The notes below the pieces were generated by a model. It saw nothing but the letters and a program-made list of their open reading frames with translations. It was not told the DNA's origin and did not search any database. Both the position numbers and the translations under genes were made by a program. A stretch of 64,000 nt of DNA, taken from positions 104,623 to 168,622 of IMG/VR virus record IMGVR_UViG_3300032397_000002; one strand, written 5' to 3'. This DNA comes from a virus. Below, piece by piece: positions 56,701 to 64,000 of the stretch (positions are counted from its first letter, which is position 1; each line of letters starts with the position of its first letter).

Positions 56701-56877
56701 GGTCTGGCTGGAACTGAAACCTGGAAGACTGTCCCAATCAACGCAACATTGACGGCTCCAGCTGACGGGTACACTTTCATCTACTTCGTCACGACGGCGT
56801 GTGTGACCACGTCGAAGGTGGGAGTCTACGGCTTTCGCGTCGCCTACACCACCACCTACGAAGCCGCAATGCGGTAA
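53776..56877 (+). CDS. Gly-rich tail fibre / receptor-binding protein
   Basis: Baseplate-attachment N-terminus, long GxG++GxGG repeats, C-terminal LPYGAIITS domain; alternative TTG start at 53770. Confidence 0.75.
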   Translation: MSVLRQLNILGQMRIDVPHLRSIESSIAADFDVVAGRVQAGEKAVVIRGFALANFTSGTAASSVQLSTADGIVYNMSASEAGTFLWVPADRAVETLNSATNARVSGSFTAGQVNYVGLDFTRAADATTADLVQFLDPNTLLENAKNVPLGRTLDYRIVISTTPFSSSPNLVPIAKIKTDASNNVDSATSSVQDARNILWRLGSGGDFPNRYNSFSWAQNRVESVSGAGVFVGGDKSIQSEKDWMDAVMSRIWEIGGGENWYSTTADRNVRMVRAPSPSVFATTGDNFEWVAGLYSSTHLHWQGLKIAFDNSNTSSVYYNTINDQTGDDTTSAALTSKTALADGDCLYVDIDRTANSGLTAKKASLQLLSVPSIPGSRFVFAWRIGSNVYTRDAAWPVNVAQQPATTTVVGAVRLNNTAGTPATPTIPTLDANNAITLGVGSYLIAGANTGLTVTGGSASGIGIKGIGGAVSGFGGVGVYGQGGDGYGTGVYGRGGASGAGGQFVGGPSGASGVTGSGTIGQTGVYGSSDTGVGVMGGSGSSTGFFVVGVSGFGNSTSSIAVYAQGFTASSGPDAAGAMALQAVGGDAYASASGTRAGGPGAWILGGNGNGSTNTGGDGGLGAWIVGGSAGNATHVSAFGGAGGRGATIAGGTGGNVGNAVNNPGTGGTGIYVTGGDAGLRVGGTLGGGPGGTGIITTGGIGGFPSGAGPGIVATGGVSNGTNVGSGSGGQFFGGANTVGGQGGYGIYAYGGNSSTGYGGNGIYAVGGNSSYSGAPAGHGITAYGGGNAVSFQSCYGVYGKGGTGGSTLNFGGYFEGGAGNAHALYAQPAGNGNAIIASNGGGSGYAFLSNSGDIAIQPANFYRYASAVSRAIYIPVSDFIYTTVSSGYTPLPSNTLGPLIGIGTGGSLQAGAKVRLPYGAIITSIQFLSYNDDGAARNLTVAVGHMAYNAGGAFTLTQVHTGVSGGVAVSQPLTGGLAGTETWKTVPINATLTAPADGYTFIYFVTTACVTTSKVGVYGFRVAYTTTYEAAMR

Positions 56878-56907
56878 CAATCTTCCCAAAGTACCAGGAG
56901 AACTACC

Positions 56908-57219
56908 ATGGCAGGCAGAATCACCCCAGCAACTCATGCAACCGTCACCGCAGCTACTGCTGGTGGCTACCTGACCGTCAGCTCGGCGGCCAACCTCTAC
57001 GTCGGCGCGCGGTGCTGGCTCTCGAACACGGCAGGGACTGCCATGGACATGGTTGAAATCACCGAAATTGCTGGCACCAGCATTGGTGTACGCAAAATCC
57101 CACTCCCCGGACAGGGCCCGAACTATGGCCGCTCGGATGTCAGCGCCTACAATGGCGGTGGCTTCCTGGACCAGGAGTCTCAGTTCATCTACAACCGGAA
57201 CGACGCCTCGGCGCCCTAA
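56908..57219 (+). CDS. Small virion-associated protein
   Basis: AGGAG RBS and late motif upstream. Confidence 0.6.
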   Translation: MAGRITPATHATVTAATAGGYLTVSSAANLYVGARCWLSNTAGTAMDMVEITEIAGTSIGVRKIPLPGQGPNYGRSDVSAYNGGGFLDQESQFIYNRNDASAP

Positions 57220-57497
57220 GGGCGACCACGACGTTCGGCATTCATGGCCCGCCAGGCGTCTTGGCGGGCCTTCTGCGTTTCTACGTCCTCGTACCGAACC
57301 GTCATCCAGCCGTCCATACAGGCGCAGGTGATGCTGCAGAACACGGGGGCGTCCTCAGGGGTGTCGGCGTGCACTTCGATGCTCTGTTGGCCTCTGGGGA
57401 CGTCTGGGCGCTCATGGTGAATACGTCGCTGCCAGCACTCTGGGTAGCAACAGGGCAACTTCTTGGTGGGCTGCCCCTTGAAGCGCTCCCAGGTCAT
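57216..57497 (-). CDS. Cys-rich hypothetical protein
   Basis: CCYPEC...FCSITCAC. Confidence 0.55.
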   Translation of the reverse strand: MTWERFKGQPTKKLPCCYPECWQRRIHHERPDVPRGQQSIEVHADTPEDAPVFCSITCACMDGWMTVRYEDVETQKARQDAWRAMNAERRGRP

Positions 57498-57751
57498 CAG
57501 CAACACCCAGAATCAGGGAAGATGAAGACGTCGGGGTCCTCGAAGTCGCCGGTAGGCAGGGTCTTGTCCGGCTCTGCCGCGAAGGCGTCAGAGCCGACAG
57601 GCACCCCGTGGATGTGCAGCTGCTCTCGGGCCTTCTCCAGGCTCTCAGCAATCACCACACAGCCGCCTTCGTGGTGCCAGTTGGTCGTGACGTTGCTCAG
57701 CCTCTCCCAGATGAACACCTTCACTGGAAGTCCGAGGGGAAGGTCTGCCAT
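57497..57751 (-). CDS. Hypothetical protein
   Basis: GGCVVIAESLEKAR...FPDSGCC. Confidence 0.6.
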   Translation of the reverse strand: MADLPLGLPVKVFIWERLSNVTTNWHHEGGCVVIAESLEKAREQLHIHGVPVGSDAFAAEPDKTLPTGDFEDPDVFIFPDSGCC

Positions 57752-58164
57752 CCGGTACCATTGAAGACAAAGAACAAGGCAGTCGTCTCCTTGAGCTTCT
57801 CCGCCTTGAGGACCACGATGGCGGCGTCGTTCTTCTCGGTGTTGTTGATGGCGAAGAAGAGGTTCTCGACCGTCACGTTGTCACCGTACTTGATGCCGAT
57901 GTCCATCGCCAGGAGGTTCATCTGGGCCTTGAAGTCAGCCCGACGCTCCTTTGGGTCGAAGACCTTCGCCGGCGCCTTGGGTAACGGCACTGGGACAGCC
58001 AGGGTCTCGAAGGAACCGGCATCCACCGAGCCCGTGATGTTCACCTCGTCCATTCTCACGACGGGCTTGGACTTCGTCGCCCTGCCCAGCGTCAGGCCCA
58101 TGTTGAAACTGCCAACCACCATCATCGTGGCACCCAAAAGCATCAGAATCTGTCCTCGTCTCAT
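57721..58164 (-). CDS. Membrane-anchored hypothetical protein
   Basis: N-terminal hydrophobic segment; AAGGAG RBS. Confidence 0.6.
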   Translation of the reverse strand: MRRGQILMLLGATMMVVGSFNMGLTLGRATKSKPVVRMDEVNITGSVDAGSFETLAVPVPLPKAPAKVFDPKERRADFKAQMNLLAMDIGIKYGDNVTVENLFFAINNTEKNDAAIVVLKAEKLKETTALFFVFNGTGWQTFPSDFQ

Positions 58165-58730
58165 TTGATCTCCTTCATGCGGTAACGTTTGACCATCTCG
58201 CCGAGGACGCGGGCTGCGTTCACGGCATCATCTACACCACTGTGATGCTTCCCTTCAAAGCTCAAGCCCATGCTCTTCACGGCCTTCGTCAGGCCTCCCC
58301 TCTTGTCACCTCGCATGAGGGAGATGAGGGCCTTGATGTTGAAGTGGGTCTTGGACATGGGGTACTCGACCCCAAAGCGCTTGCACTGGACCTGGAGCAT
58401 CTCTCGGTCCCAGTCTCCAAAACTTGCCCAGCTGAGCTTGTAGTCTGGCCCCTTGCAGTGCGCCTGGAGTCGCTCCAGGGCCACCTCAAAGGTCACACCA
58501 GCTTTGTCGAGATGTGCCTGAGTGATGCCAGTCAGGTCGGTACAGAAGTCGCTGACAGTCGAGTAGCGCGGCTGCACGAAGATGGAGTCAAGACGCTCCA
58601 CCCGGTAGGTGCGGTCTTCAACAGTGAGCCTTGCTACCCCAATTTCAATGATTTCGGGGTCTTGTCCGCTGTTGGTGTTGCGGGGAAACCAGCAGGTGGC
58701 TTCCAGGTCTACCACGATGATGTCGCTCAT
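58161..58730 (-). CDS. DEDDh 3'-5' exonuclease (ERI1/KapD-like)
   Basis: VVDLEATC, EIIEIG, LTGITQ, FGDWD, HHSGVDDA. Confidence 0.9.
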   Translation of the reverse strand: MSDIIVVDLEATCWFPRNTNSGQDPEIIEIGVARLTVEDRTYRVERLDSIFVQPRYSTVSDFCTDLTGITQAHLDKAGVTFEVALERLQAHCKGPDYKLSWASFGDWDREMLQVQCKRFGVEYPMSKTHFNIKALISLMRGDKRGGLTKAVKSMGLSFEGKHHSGVDDAVNAARVLGEMVKRYRMKEIK

Positions 58731-58831
58731 TCTCGGTCTTTCTCGTTCAGTTCCCTGACACGTTGATACAGGCCGTACATGAGGACAACGTAACCCGCCA
58801 ACACCAACCCGTAGCAAACCCACTCAATCAT
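58727..58831 (-). CDS. 34-aa membrane peptide (not in the ORF track)
   Basis: MIEWVCYGLVLAGYVVLMYGLYQRVRELNEKDRE; ATGA-coupled at both ends. Confidence 0.5.
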   Translation of the reverse strand: MIEWVCYGLVLAGYVVLMYGLYQRVRELNEKDRE

Positions 58832-59319
58832 CGAAGCTTCCCGGCCTTCCTCATCATCTGCATGTTGCCCATAATGGCGGAACGCCTGGCTGATGTCAAG
58901 TGGTCAAGGTAGAGTTTTCCGTCCAGGTGCTCAAGCTCATGCTGGAGAACGTGGGCCATTAGGCCGTGAAACCAGCCCTCGGTGGTCTCCATCTTCTCGT
59001 TCTGGTACTCGACGAGGACCTCTGGAGCCCTACTGATTTCCTCGAAGAACCCGGGGACTGACAGACAGCCCTCCACCATCGGTTTCCTGTCCCCGGCGAA
59101 CTCCTTGATGACCGGGTTCACGAAGACCGATGGTCCCAGGGAGCCGCTGTCGACCACCACGAGACGCTTCAGGACGCCAACCTGAACCGCAGAGAGGCCG
59201 GCACCCCGGTAGGCACGCATGATGGTCAACATGCCTGCAACCAGCTCTGGGTCTGGAGCCTCAGTGAGGGGCTCCGAGACCCTTTTCAAGATGCCGGCTG
59301 GCCAGTAGACGAGCTTCAT
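58828..59319 (-). CDS. def: Peptide deformylase
   Basis: GAGLSAVQVG, EGCLS, QHELEHLDG; ATG 59319. Confidence 0.95.
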   Translation of the reverse strand: MKLVYWPAGILKRVSEPLTEAPDPELVAGMLTIMRAYRGAGLSAVQVGVLKRLVVVDSGSLGPSVFVNPVIKEFAGDRKPMVEGCLSVPGFFEEISRAPEVLVEYQNEKMETTEGWFHGLMAHVLQHELEHLDGKLYLDHLTSARRSAIMGNMQMMRKAGKLR

Positions 59320-59401
59320 GTCTTCTTGCTCCTTATTGCCCCCACCTTGACAAGATGGGCAAATCTTTTCCTCATTCTCTTGAGCCTGGCGGCAGCCGGG
59401 C

Positions 59402-60265
59402 TTACCGGGAAAAACCCATGTCGTCGAGCAGACCTCCCTCCAGGGGTGACATGTCGGCAACCTTGAGGCGCTCCAGGACTGGAGCGAGTGGCTGGCCAAG
59501 GCAGACCACGGCCACAACAATCTCCTTCAGCTTGGCGATGCTCAGGCCCTCGGTGCGGCGGGCCAGGTCTTTGGCAGAAGCCTCAGAGACGCCAATCTGC
59601 GATAGGTACTTGAAGCGGGTCTCTTCGGTGGGAATGGCGATGGCGACGAGGCGATCCACCCGGGACGGACGGTCCTTGATGCGGGAGGGGATTTGGTCGA
59701 GGTTGTTGGTGGTGGCGACCAAGACGAAGTTGTCCAGGCCCCGCTGCCCGTCCAGGAACTCAAGGATGGACTCCTCGAACTCCCTCACGAAGCTGTCGAT
59801 GTCCTCGCAGACCAACATGATGGGGCGAACGGGCTCGTGCTCTCGGATGTGCTCCACGTAGTGGGCCACCATGGAGCCGTTGTCCCAGAAGAGGACGATG
59901 CCGTCATACTTCTCGACGAAGGCCTTCTCCAGGAGGCGCAGGGTGCAGGACTTGCCACAGCCAGGAGGGCCATGGAGCAGGTACCCACGCTTGTGGGCGA
60001 AACCCATCTTCTTGAAGACCTCACGACGGTCGAAAAAGGTCTGAATCTCGTCGGCGATTTCCTGGACGCTGGTGTCAATCTCCAGAGGCTCGTCGTTGGT
60101 GACCTCGACCGGCAGAAACCCGGGCACATTCTCGTCACCAACGCGCACCGCAGACATCTTGTAGAGGCCCGAACCCAGGGTGCTCCGACTGAGTGCCTCA
60201 GTGTAGTAGTTGACCTTCTTCTGTACAGCGATGACCTTCTGTGGCTTCTGTCCGATGTTATCCAA
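59402..60265 (-). CDS. AAA+ ATPase
   Basis: KRGYLLHGPPGCGKS, CEDID, TTN, RPSRVDR; TTG 60265 with GAGGA RBS. Confidence 0.88.
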   Translation of the reverse strand: MDNIGQKPQKVIAVQKKVNYYTEALSRSTLGSGLYKMSAVRVGDENVPGFLPVEVTNDEPLEIDTSVQEIADEIQTFFDRREVFKKMGFAHKRGYLLHGPPGCGKSCTLRLLEKAFVEKYDGIVLFWDNGSMVAHYVEHIREHEPVRPIMLVCEDIDSFVREFEESILEFLDGQRGLDNFVLVATTNNLDQIPSRIKDRPSRVDRLVAIAIPTEETRFKYLSQIGVSEASAKDLARRTEGLSIAKLKEIVVAVVCLGQPLAPVLERLKVADMSPLEGGLLDDMGFSR

Positions 60266-61553
60266 TGTCGTCCTCGTGTCGGAACCCCTTGAAAATGGGG
60301 AACCTGGGCTTGCCGTCTTCGGTGAGTTCAAAATACTTGAATGTCAGCTTCTTGGGAAGCCTTTTTGCGTTGTAGTCCTTCCAGTACTGCCGGCGCTGTT
60401 CGTCGCTGAAGCCGCTGCCAATCTCGAACAGCTTACCATTCTTCGTTCGACATTCCAAGGCCCCCAGGCTGCCGGCATACTTCCCGTTGCCAACCACGGC
60501 ACCAACCACCTCGGCCTCATCATCGACGAAGGACTTGACCTTGAGGAGCGCTCGGCTCCGCTTCAAGAGCACCGGCTCCAGGCTTCGTCGGTACATGGCT
60601 CCTTCGAAGCCCTTGTAGACGTACTCTGTGCTGTGCTTGACCATCCTGGGCTGGTCTGGGTCAATGGTTTCAAACATGTCCACGACCCCGATGCGGGCCA
60701 CGGCTCCGACCACGTCCATGACGGACTTCTGCACGAAGTTCTTGGCGAACTCGTAGCGCTCACGGTAGGGCTTTGTGGGCTTCTCCCACTCATCTTGAGT
60801 CGTAGCGTCGAACAGAAGGTACTTCAGGTGCTGGGTGTCTCCGCCCTTCTTGAAGAGGACGTGCTGTAGGGCCTGGAAGTCGATTCTGTCATTGACGATG
60901 ACCACGACCTCGCCATCCAAGACCAGGCTCTGGGTTGGATTGCGGGTGTTGTTGATTTCCTGGAGCTTCTCGCGCACGGGCTCGAAATTCAGCCACTCCT
61001 TGCCGGTGCGGCTGTAGAGCTGGACACGGCCACGGCATGCTGGCAGGAAGGCCACACAGCGTGCCCCATCGAGCTTGGGTTCCACACACCACTTCCCCTT
61101 GAGGAGGTCTGGCTTGACCTTGGAGTAGTCTTCGGCCAGCGGCACGGTGAACTGGAAGATGGTCCCTTCTCCAAGAGCGTTGTTGACGTCCTTGGCCCCG
61201 ATGTCGAGACGGAGGTCCTGCTTGATGATGCGCTCGGTCCACTTGCGCTGAATGGGGGTGCATGCTCCCAGGAACACCGAGATGGCCGTTTGTGCAGCGT
61301 TCCCGGTCAGCTCCCTCGTCTGAAGGTTGCTCAGGAGCATCATCAAATTCCGATGCCAGACGCTGTCCTCAGCGAATGGAATGGCATCCTCCTTTGGGAT
61401 GGGCAGTTTCTTGACGCCGAAGGTCACCTGAGGGCTGAGGGCCAGAGTGAGGACCTTTCGAAGTTCCCGACTGTCTCCTTCTTGGAGGGCCTCCAAGCGA
61501 GCATTCCCACGAGGGGCTGCTTCAAGGGTTTCGAGTGTTTTGAGAAGGTCCAT
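60258..61553 (-). CDS. lig: ATP-dependent DNA ligase
   Basis: EPKLDGARC, LDGEV, GFEGAM, LLKVK, IGSGFSD, RFPIF. Confidence 0.95.
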   Translation of the reverse strand: MDLLKTLETLEAAPRGNARLEALQEGDSRELRKVLTLALSPQVTFGVKKLPIPKEDAIPFAEDSVWHRNLMMLLSNLQTRELTGNAAQTAISVFLGACTPIQRKWTERIIKQDLRLDIGAKDVNNALGEGTIFQFTVPLAEDYSKVKPDLLKGKWCVEPKLDGARCVAFLPACRGRVQLYSRTGKEWLNFEPVREKLQEINNTRNPTQSLVLDGEVVVIVNDRIDFQALQHVLFKKGGDTQHLKYLLFDATTQDEWEKPTKPYRERYEFAKNFVQKSVMDVVGAVARIGVVDMFETIDPDQPRMVKHSTEYVYKGFEGAMYRRSLEPVLLKRSRALLKVKSFVDDEAEVVGAVVGNGKYAGSLGALECRTKNGKLFEIGSGFSDEQRRQYWKDYNAKRLPKKLTFKYFELTEDGKPRFPIFKGFRHEDDIG

Positions 61554-61905
61554 TGGTCTTCCTGATGAGGGTTGAAACTGCGTTTTTGTTCATCTCGATG
61601 ATCTCTTTCCTGTCTGTAGCGTACTGGCCCCAAGAAATCAAGGCGTCAGCAGTCTTTTCTTGTGCTTCCCAGGCCTTGATGTAGGTGGCGTTTATCAAGT
61701 CCTGCTTCTCTTGAACCTCAAGCAGGTCTACCCTGAGCTTCTGAATCTCAGCGGCTGCAGCCCTACAGGCCCGCAACTCGCCCAAAGCCCAAGACAGACA
61801 CAGGCCAAGCCCCAGGGCGGCCAACCAGCCGACCACCCATAGGGCCTTGAAGCGCCTGTGTCGTCTCAGTTCGTTTCCTGATACAACGTGGCAGGTATCT
61901 ATCAC
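61522..61905 (-). CDS. TM plus coiled-coil protein
   Basis: ALWVVGWLAALGLGLCLSWA followed by heptads. Confidence 0.55.
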   Translation of the reverse strand: MIDTCHVVSGNELRRHRRFKALWVVGWLAALGLGLCLSWALGELRACRAAAAEIQKLRVDLLEVQEKQDLINATYIKAWEAQEKTADALISWGQYATDRKEIIEMNKNAVSTLIRKTNGPSQNTRNP

Positions 61906-61907
61906 CC

Positions 61908-62423
61908 TCAGGAGACTACCGCACCCGTCGTACCCAAGTCAAGGGCCTGCTGAGGTGCCGTGGGCTGGGGCTTTGATGCTTGAAGCCGGCCCGCCGCAGT
62001 GGAGCGAAAGTAGAAGCTCCCATCCTGGGCCAGACACTCCGCAAGGCCGAGATTCACAGCAACGGCCAGGTACTCACGGCAACAGGTCAATGCAGTCCCG
62101 GAAGACTTCGAGATGACCCTGGCACTGGCACGATGTACCCTCTTGGCCAGGTCATTCAGGACCTTTGCAACACGCCCGTCCTGAAGTGCCGCGTAGTTGT
62201 TTGGGTCCCTCTTGTAGGTGACAGGCAGGGTGGGGGTAGTCAACTTGGCGGGGGCTGGCTTTCTGGTCTCGGTGACGGCGACAGGTTCCACATTCGCAAC
62301 CCCCAGGACCTCCTGAACGGTTGCAGCAACATCCTTGAGGTACATGAACTTCTCGTAGTCCCCCTCCGCCTTCTCGAACAGTGCCTTCTCAATCGCATTT
62401 TGCTTCGTCAATTGCTTGCTCAT
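61908..62423 (-). CDS. Putative winged-helix DNA-binding protein
   Basis: SARVIS...CREYLAVAVNLGLA; AT-rich leader with promoter. Confidence 0.5.
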   Translation of the reverse strand: MSKQLTKQNAIEKALFEKAEGDYEKFMYLKDVAATVQEVLGVANVEPVAVTETRKPAPAKLTTPTLPVTYKRDPNNYAALQDGRVAKVLNDLAKRVHRASARVISKSSGTALTCCREYLAVAVNLGLAECLAQDGSFYFRSTAAGRLQASKPQPTAPQQALDLGTTGAVVS

Positions 62424-62468
62424 TTTGTTTCCATTTTGGTTGGGTTGATTGGTGGGTACAACGACAGT

Positions 62469-62498
62469 ATTGTAACAGACGATTTTCCTGAAAGTCTA
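62469..62498 (-). promoter_or_regulatory. Probable sigma70 promoter with leadered transcript
   Basis: TAGACT-18 nt-(TGt)TACAAT; the -35 begins with the helicase stop codon. Confidence 0.5.
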
Positions 62499-63749
62499 GG
62501 GCCACACGACTTTGACCGATTCTCTCGCACGAGTCAGGGCCGTGTAGAGCCACCGGCGCCCCTCAGTGGTGCTGAGGCGAATGCTGTCCTCGATGAAGAC
62601 GAGGGCCTCAGGCCATTCCGAGCCCTGGCTCTTGTGGCAAGTGAGGGCGTAACCCAGGTTGGCGTGCATGTGGTGTGGACGGTCTTCCTTCTCCGGGTAC
62701 GCCTTCTTCATGGCCGACGCTGAGCCCTTCTTGATGGCATCTGGGTCAAGCTCGGAGGCCTTTCCGAAGACCTCCTCCGGGCTGATGACGGCCTCACAGG
62801 GGCTGTCGGTGAAGTTGACCTCCTGGAAGCCCATGTAGAGGGTCTTGTTCTTGTGGCGGTCAGTCACGGCGATGTGAAGGTGCTGGCGGCCAAGCTCCTT
62901 GATGGTGAAGACCTCTCCATTGAAGACGTCCAGCTCGTAGTTGTTCCTGGTGACCAGCAGCGGCTCATCTTCCCTGAGGATGCCCTTCGGGAGGCCCCTC
63001 AGCTCTCTGATTCTGAGGTTCAACTCGTGCCTGGTCTTGTTCTTGTGGCAGATGATGACCCCATTGCGGCTGCAGTTGTCGAGGAGGGCCTGGTCGAGCT
63101 GAGAGCCAACGACAACAGGAAGCGCCAGAATTGATGACATGATGTTGGCGTTGACTCGGATGTCGTTGCTGATGCGGATGATGGGCGACTCCAGGGCCTG
63201 GCGAAGTACCTCTGTGAGGTTGACCTTGACGTCGGCCGGGAAGTCCTCATTGAAAACGCTGAAGGTCTTCTTCTCTTGGTCCTTTTCAACTGGCGGCAAC
63301 TGGAAGCCATCGCCAATCAGCACGATGTTCAATCCAAGGGCTTGGCAGAAGAAGTGGAGATGGTCGAAGACCTGGCTGGTCACCATGGACGCCTCATCGA
63401 TGATGAGGGTCCTATTCGGAGGAAGCTTGAGTTCCTTGCTCTCCTTCATGGTGAAGTGGTACTCCCCGGTGTCTTCGTCCTTCATGGGGGTGTACATCCA
63501 TCTGTGAATCGTGGAAGCGTCACAGCCGGCGGCCTGCTTGACGCGCACGGCTGCCTTGCCGGTGGGGGTCAGCACGAACACGCCGGGGTTCTCTTGGGCC
63601 AAGACCTTCAGGAGGGTGGTCTTGCCGGTACCAGCGTAGCCGCTGATGACCAGAAGTCCACCGCCGCCGGGGAACTTCTCTGTCATGCTTCGGATGGCCG
63701 CGAGGGCTTCCGCTTGGCCAGCTGTAGGTACAAACTCGCTCTCGCTCAT
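62496..63749 (-). CDS. SF1B DNA helicase (Dda/RecD-like)
   Basis: GYAGTGKTT, PTGKAA, TIHR, IIDEASM, GDGFQLPPV, LRQA, YALTCHKSQGSE, YTALTRA. Confidence 0.93.
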   Translation of the reverse strand: MSESEFVPTAGQAEALAAIRSMTEKFPGGGGLLVISGYAGTGKTTLLKVLAQENPGVFVLTPTGKAAVRVKQAAGCDASTIHRWMYTPMKDEDTGEYHFTMKESKELKLPPNRTLIIDEASMVTSQVFDHLHFFCQALGLNIVLIGDGFQLPPVEKDQEKKTFSVFNEDFPADVKVNLTEVLRQALESPIIRISNDIRVNANIMSSILALPVVVGSQLDQALLDNCSRNGVIICHKNKTRHELNLRIRELRGLPKGILREDEPLLVTRNNYELDVFNGEVFTIKELGRQHLHIAVTDRHKNKTLYMGFQEVNFTDSPCEAVISPEEVFGKASELDPDAIKKGSASAMKKAYPEKEDRPHHMHANLGYALTCHKSQGSEWPEALVFIEDSIRLSTTEGRRWLYTALTRARESVKVVWP

Positions 63750-63750
63750 G

Positions 63751-63823
63751 CTCCCCAGCCTGGATTCGAACCAGGATCTTTCCGGTTAACAGCCGAACGC
63801 ACTACCAATTGTGCTACCAGGGA
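63751..63823 (-). tRNA. tRNA-Asn (GUU), no encoded CCA
   Basis: TCCCTGG/CTGGGGA acceptor stem, GCAC/GTGC D-arm, CT-GTT-AA loop, CCTGG-TTCGAAT-CCAGG T-arm, discriminator G. Confidence 0.93.
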
Positions 63824-63867
63824 AAGTGCCCCCGAAATGATCACGCTCGGGAGCCACACGCGCCTTC

Positions 63868-63999
63868 TCAGGGACGGTTGCCGGTCAACATTTTAGCGCT
63901 ACTGTCGACAAGCTCAAAGCCTTCGATCGCTTGCTTGACGGAATTTCCCCGAAGGGTGGGAGCTACCCTGGCCCCGTCACGGCAGTCTTTGACGTCTTG
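63868..63999 (-). CDS. 3' end of a CDS running off the window
   Basis: Open frame QDVKDCRDGARVAPTLRGNSVKQAIEGFELVDSSAKMLTGNRP*. Confidence 0.45.
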   Translation of the reverse strand, partial: QDVKDCRDGARVAPTLRGNSVKQAIEGFELVDSSAKMLTGNRP

Positions 64000-64000
64000 G

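Noticed and set aside
43452-56877. Diversity-generating retroelement or invertible tail-fibre cassette
   Set aside because: No reverse transcriptase or invertase in the window, no adenine-specific TR/VR pair noticed, and no inverted fibre segments.
59338-59402. + strand TTGACA/AATCTT and a GC hairpin between def and the AAA gene
   Set aside because: No properly spaced -10, the motif lacks the leading pyrimidine, there is no + strand gene downstream, and the hairpin has no U-tract.
61522-61905. i-spanin assignment
   Set aside because: TM plus coiled coil fits, but there is no nested or adjacent lipoprotein ORF and the gene lies in the replication cluster.
63824-64000. Possible structured ncRNA upstream of the tRNA
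   Set aside because: Most of it reads as the open 3' end of a CDS ending at 63868. Only one short hairpin (about 63827-63853) remains, which is not enough evidence.
1-64000. CRISPR array
   Set aside because: No regularly spaced repeat-spacer units were seen, and the window is almost fully coding.
1-64000. Stop-codon reassignment
   Set aside because: Recognisable enzymes are full length and end in TAA, TAG or TGA under the standard code.

Overview
This 64-kb window is part of a large, GC-rich, lytic-type myophage (contractile tail) genome. It is probably a phage of Myxococcota or related deltaproteobacteria; the host is inferred, not proven. The window has four blocks. (1) 1-1.2 kb, + strand: two holin-like genes and two small Zn-finger paralogs. 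(2) 1.2-23.1 kb, mostly - strand: about 50 tightly coupled early/accessory genes, including RtcB, a Thg1-like protein, a Pol-beta nucleotidyltransferase, RNase HI, a SLOG protein, an AAA ATPase, an HNH endonuclease, an SprT-like protease and a lone + strand lipoprotein trypsin protease. (3) 23.2-57.2 kb, + strand: tail and baseplate module (chaperones, tape measure, hub, spike, fused initiator/LysM/gp25-like protein, 2041-aa baseplate J-like protein, Kelch/LamG protein, two tail fibres). (4) 57.2-64 kb, - strand: DEDDh exonuclease, peptide deformylase, AAA ATPase, ATP-dependent DNA ligase, Dda/RecD-like helicase and tRNA-Asn. The most notable signals are: nine sigma70-type promoters placed 6-9 nt from an ATG, implying leaderless mRNAs, several reusing the upstream stop codon as the start of the -10 box; a separate YAATCTTY late-promoter motif in the structural-gene gaps; a conserved Zn-finger/OB-fold gene apparently split in two, with a duplicated promoter and two inserted genes; a CCA-less tRNA whose 3' end sits 1 nt from the helicase ATG (possible tRNA-punctuation control); and a Russian-doll nested domain architecture in a baseplate protein. 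No CRISPR array, reverse transcriptase, integrase, capsid, portal or terminase was seen. All protein assignments come from motif recognition by eye, not database searches.
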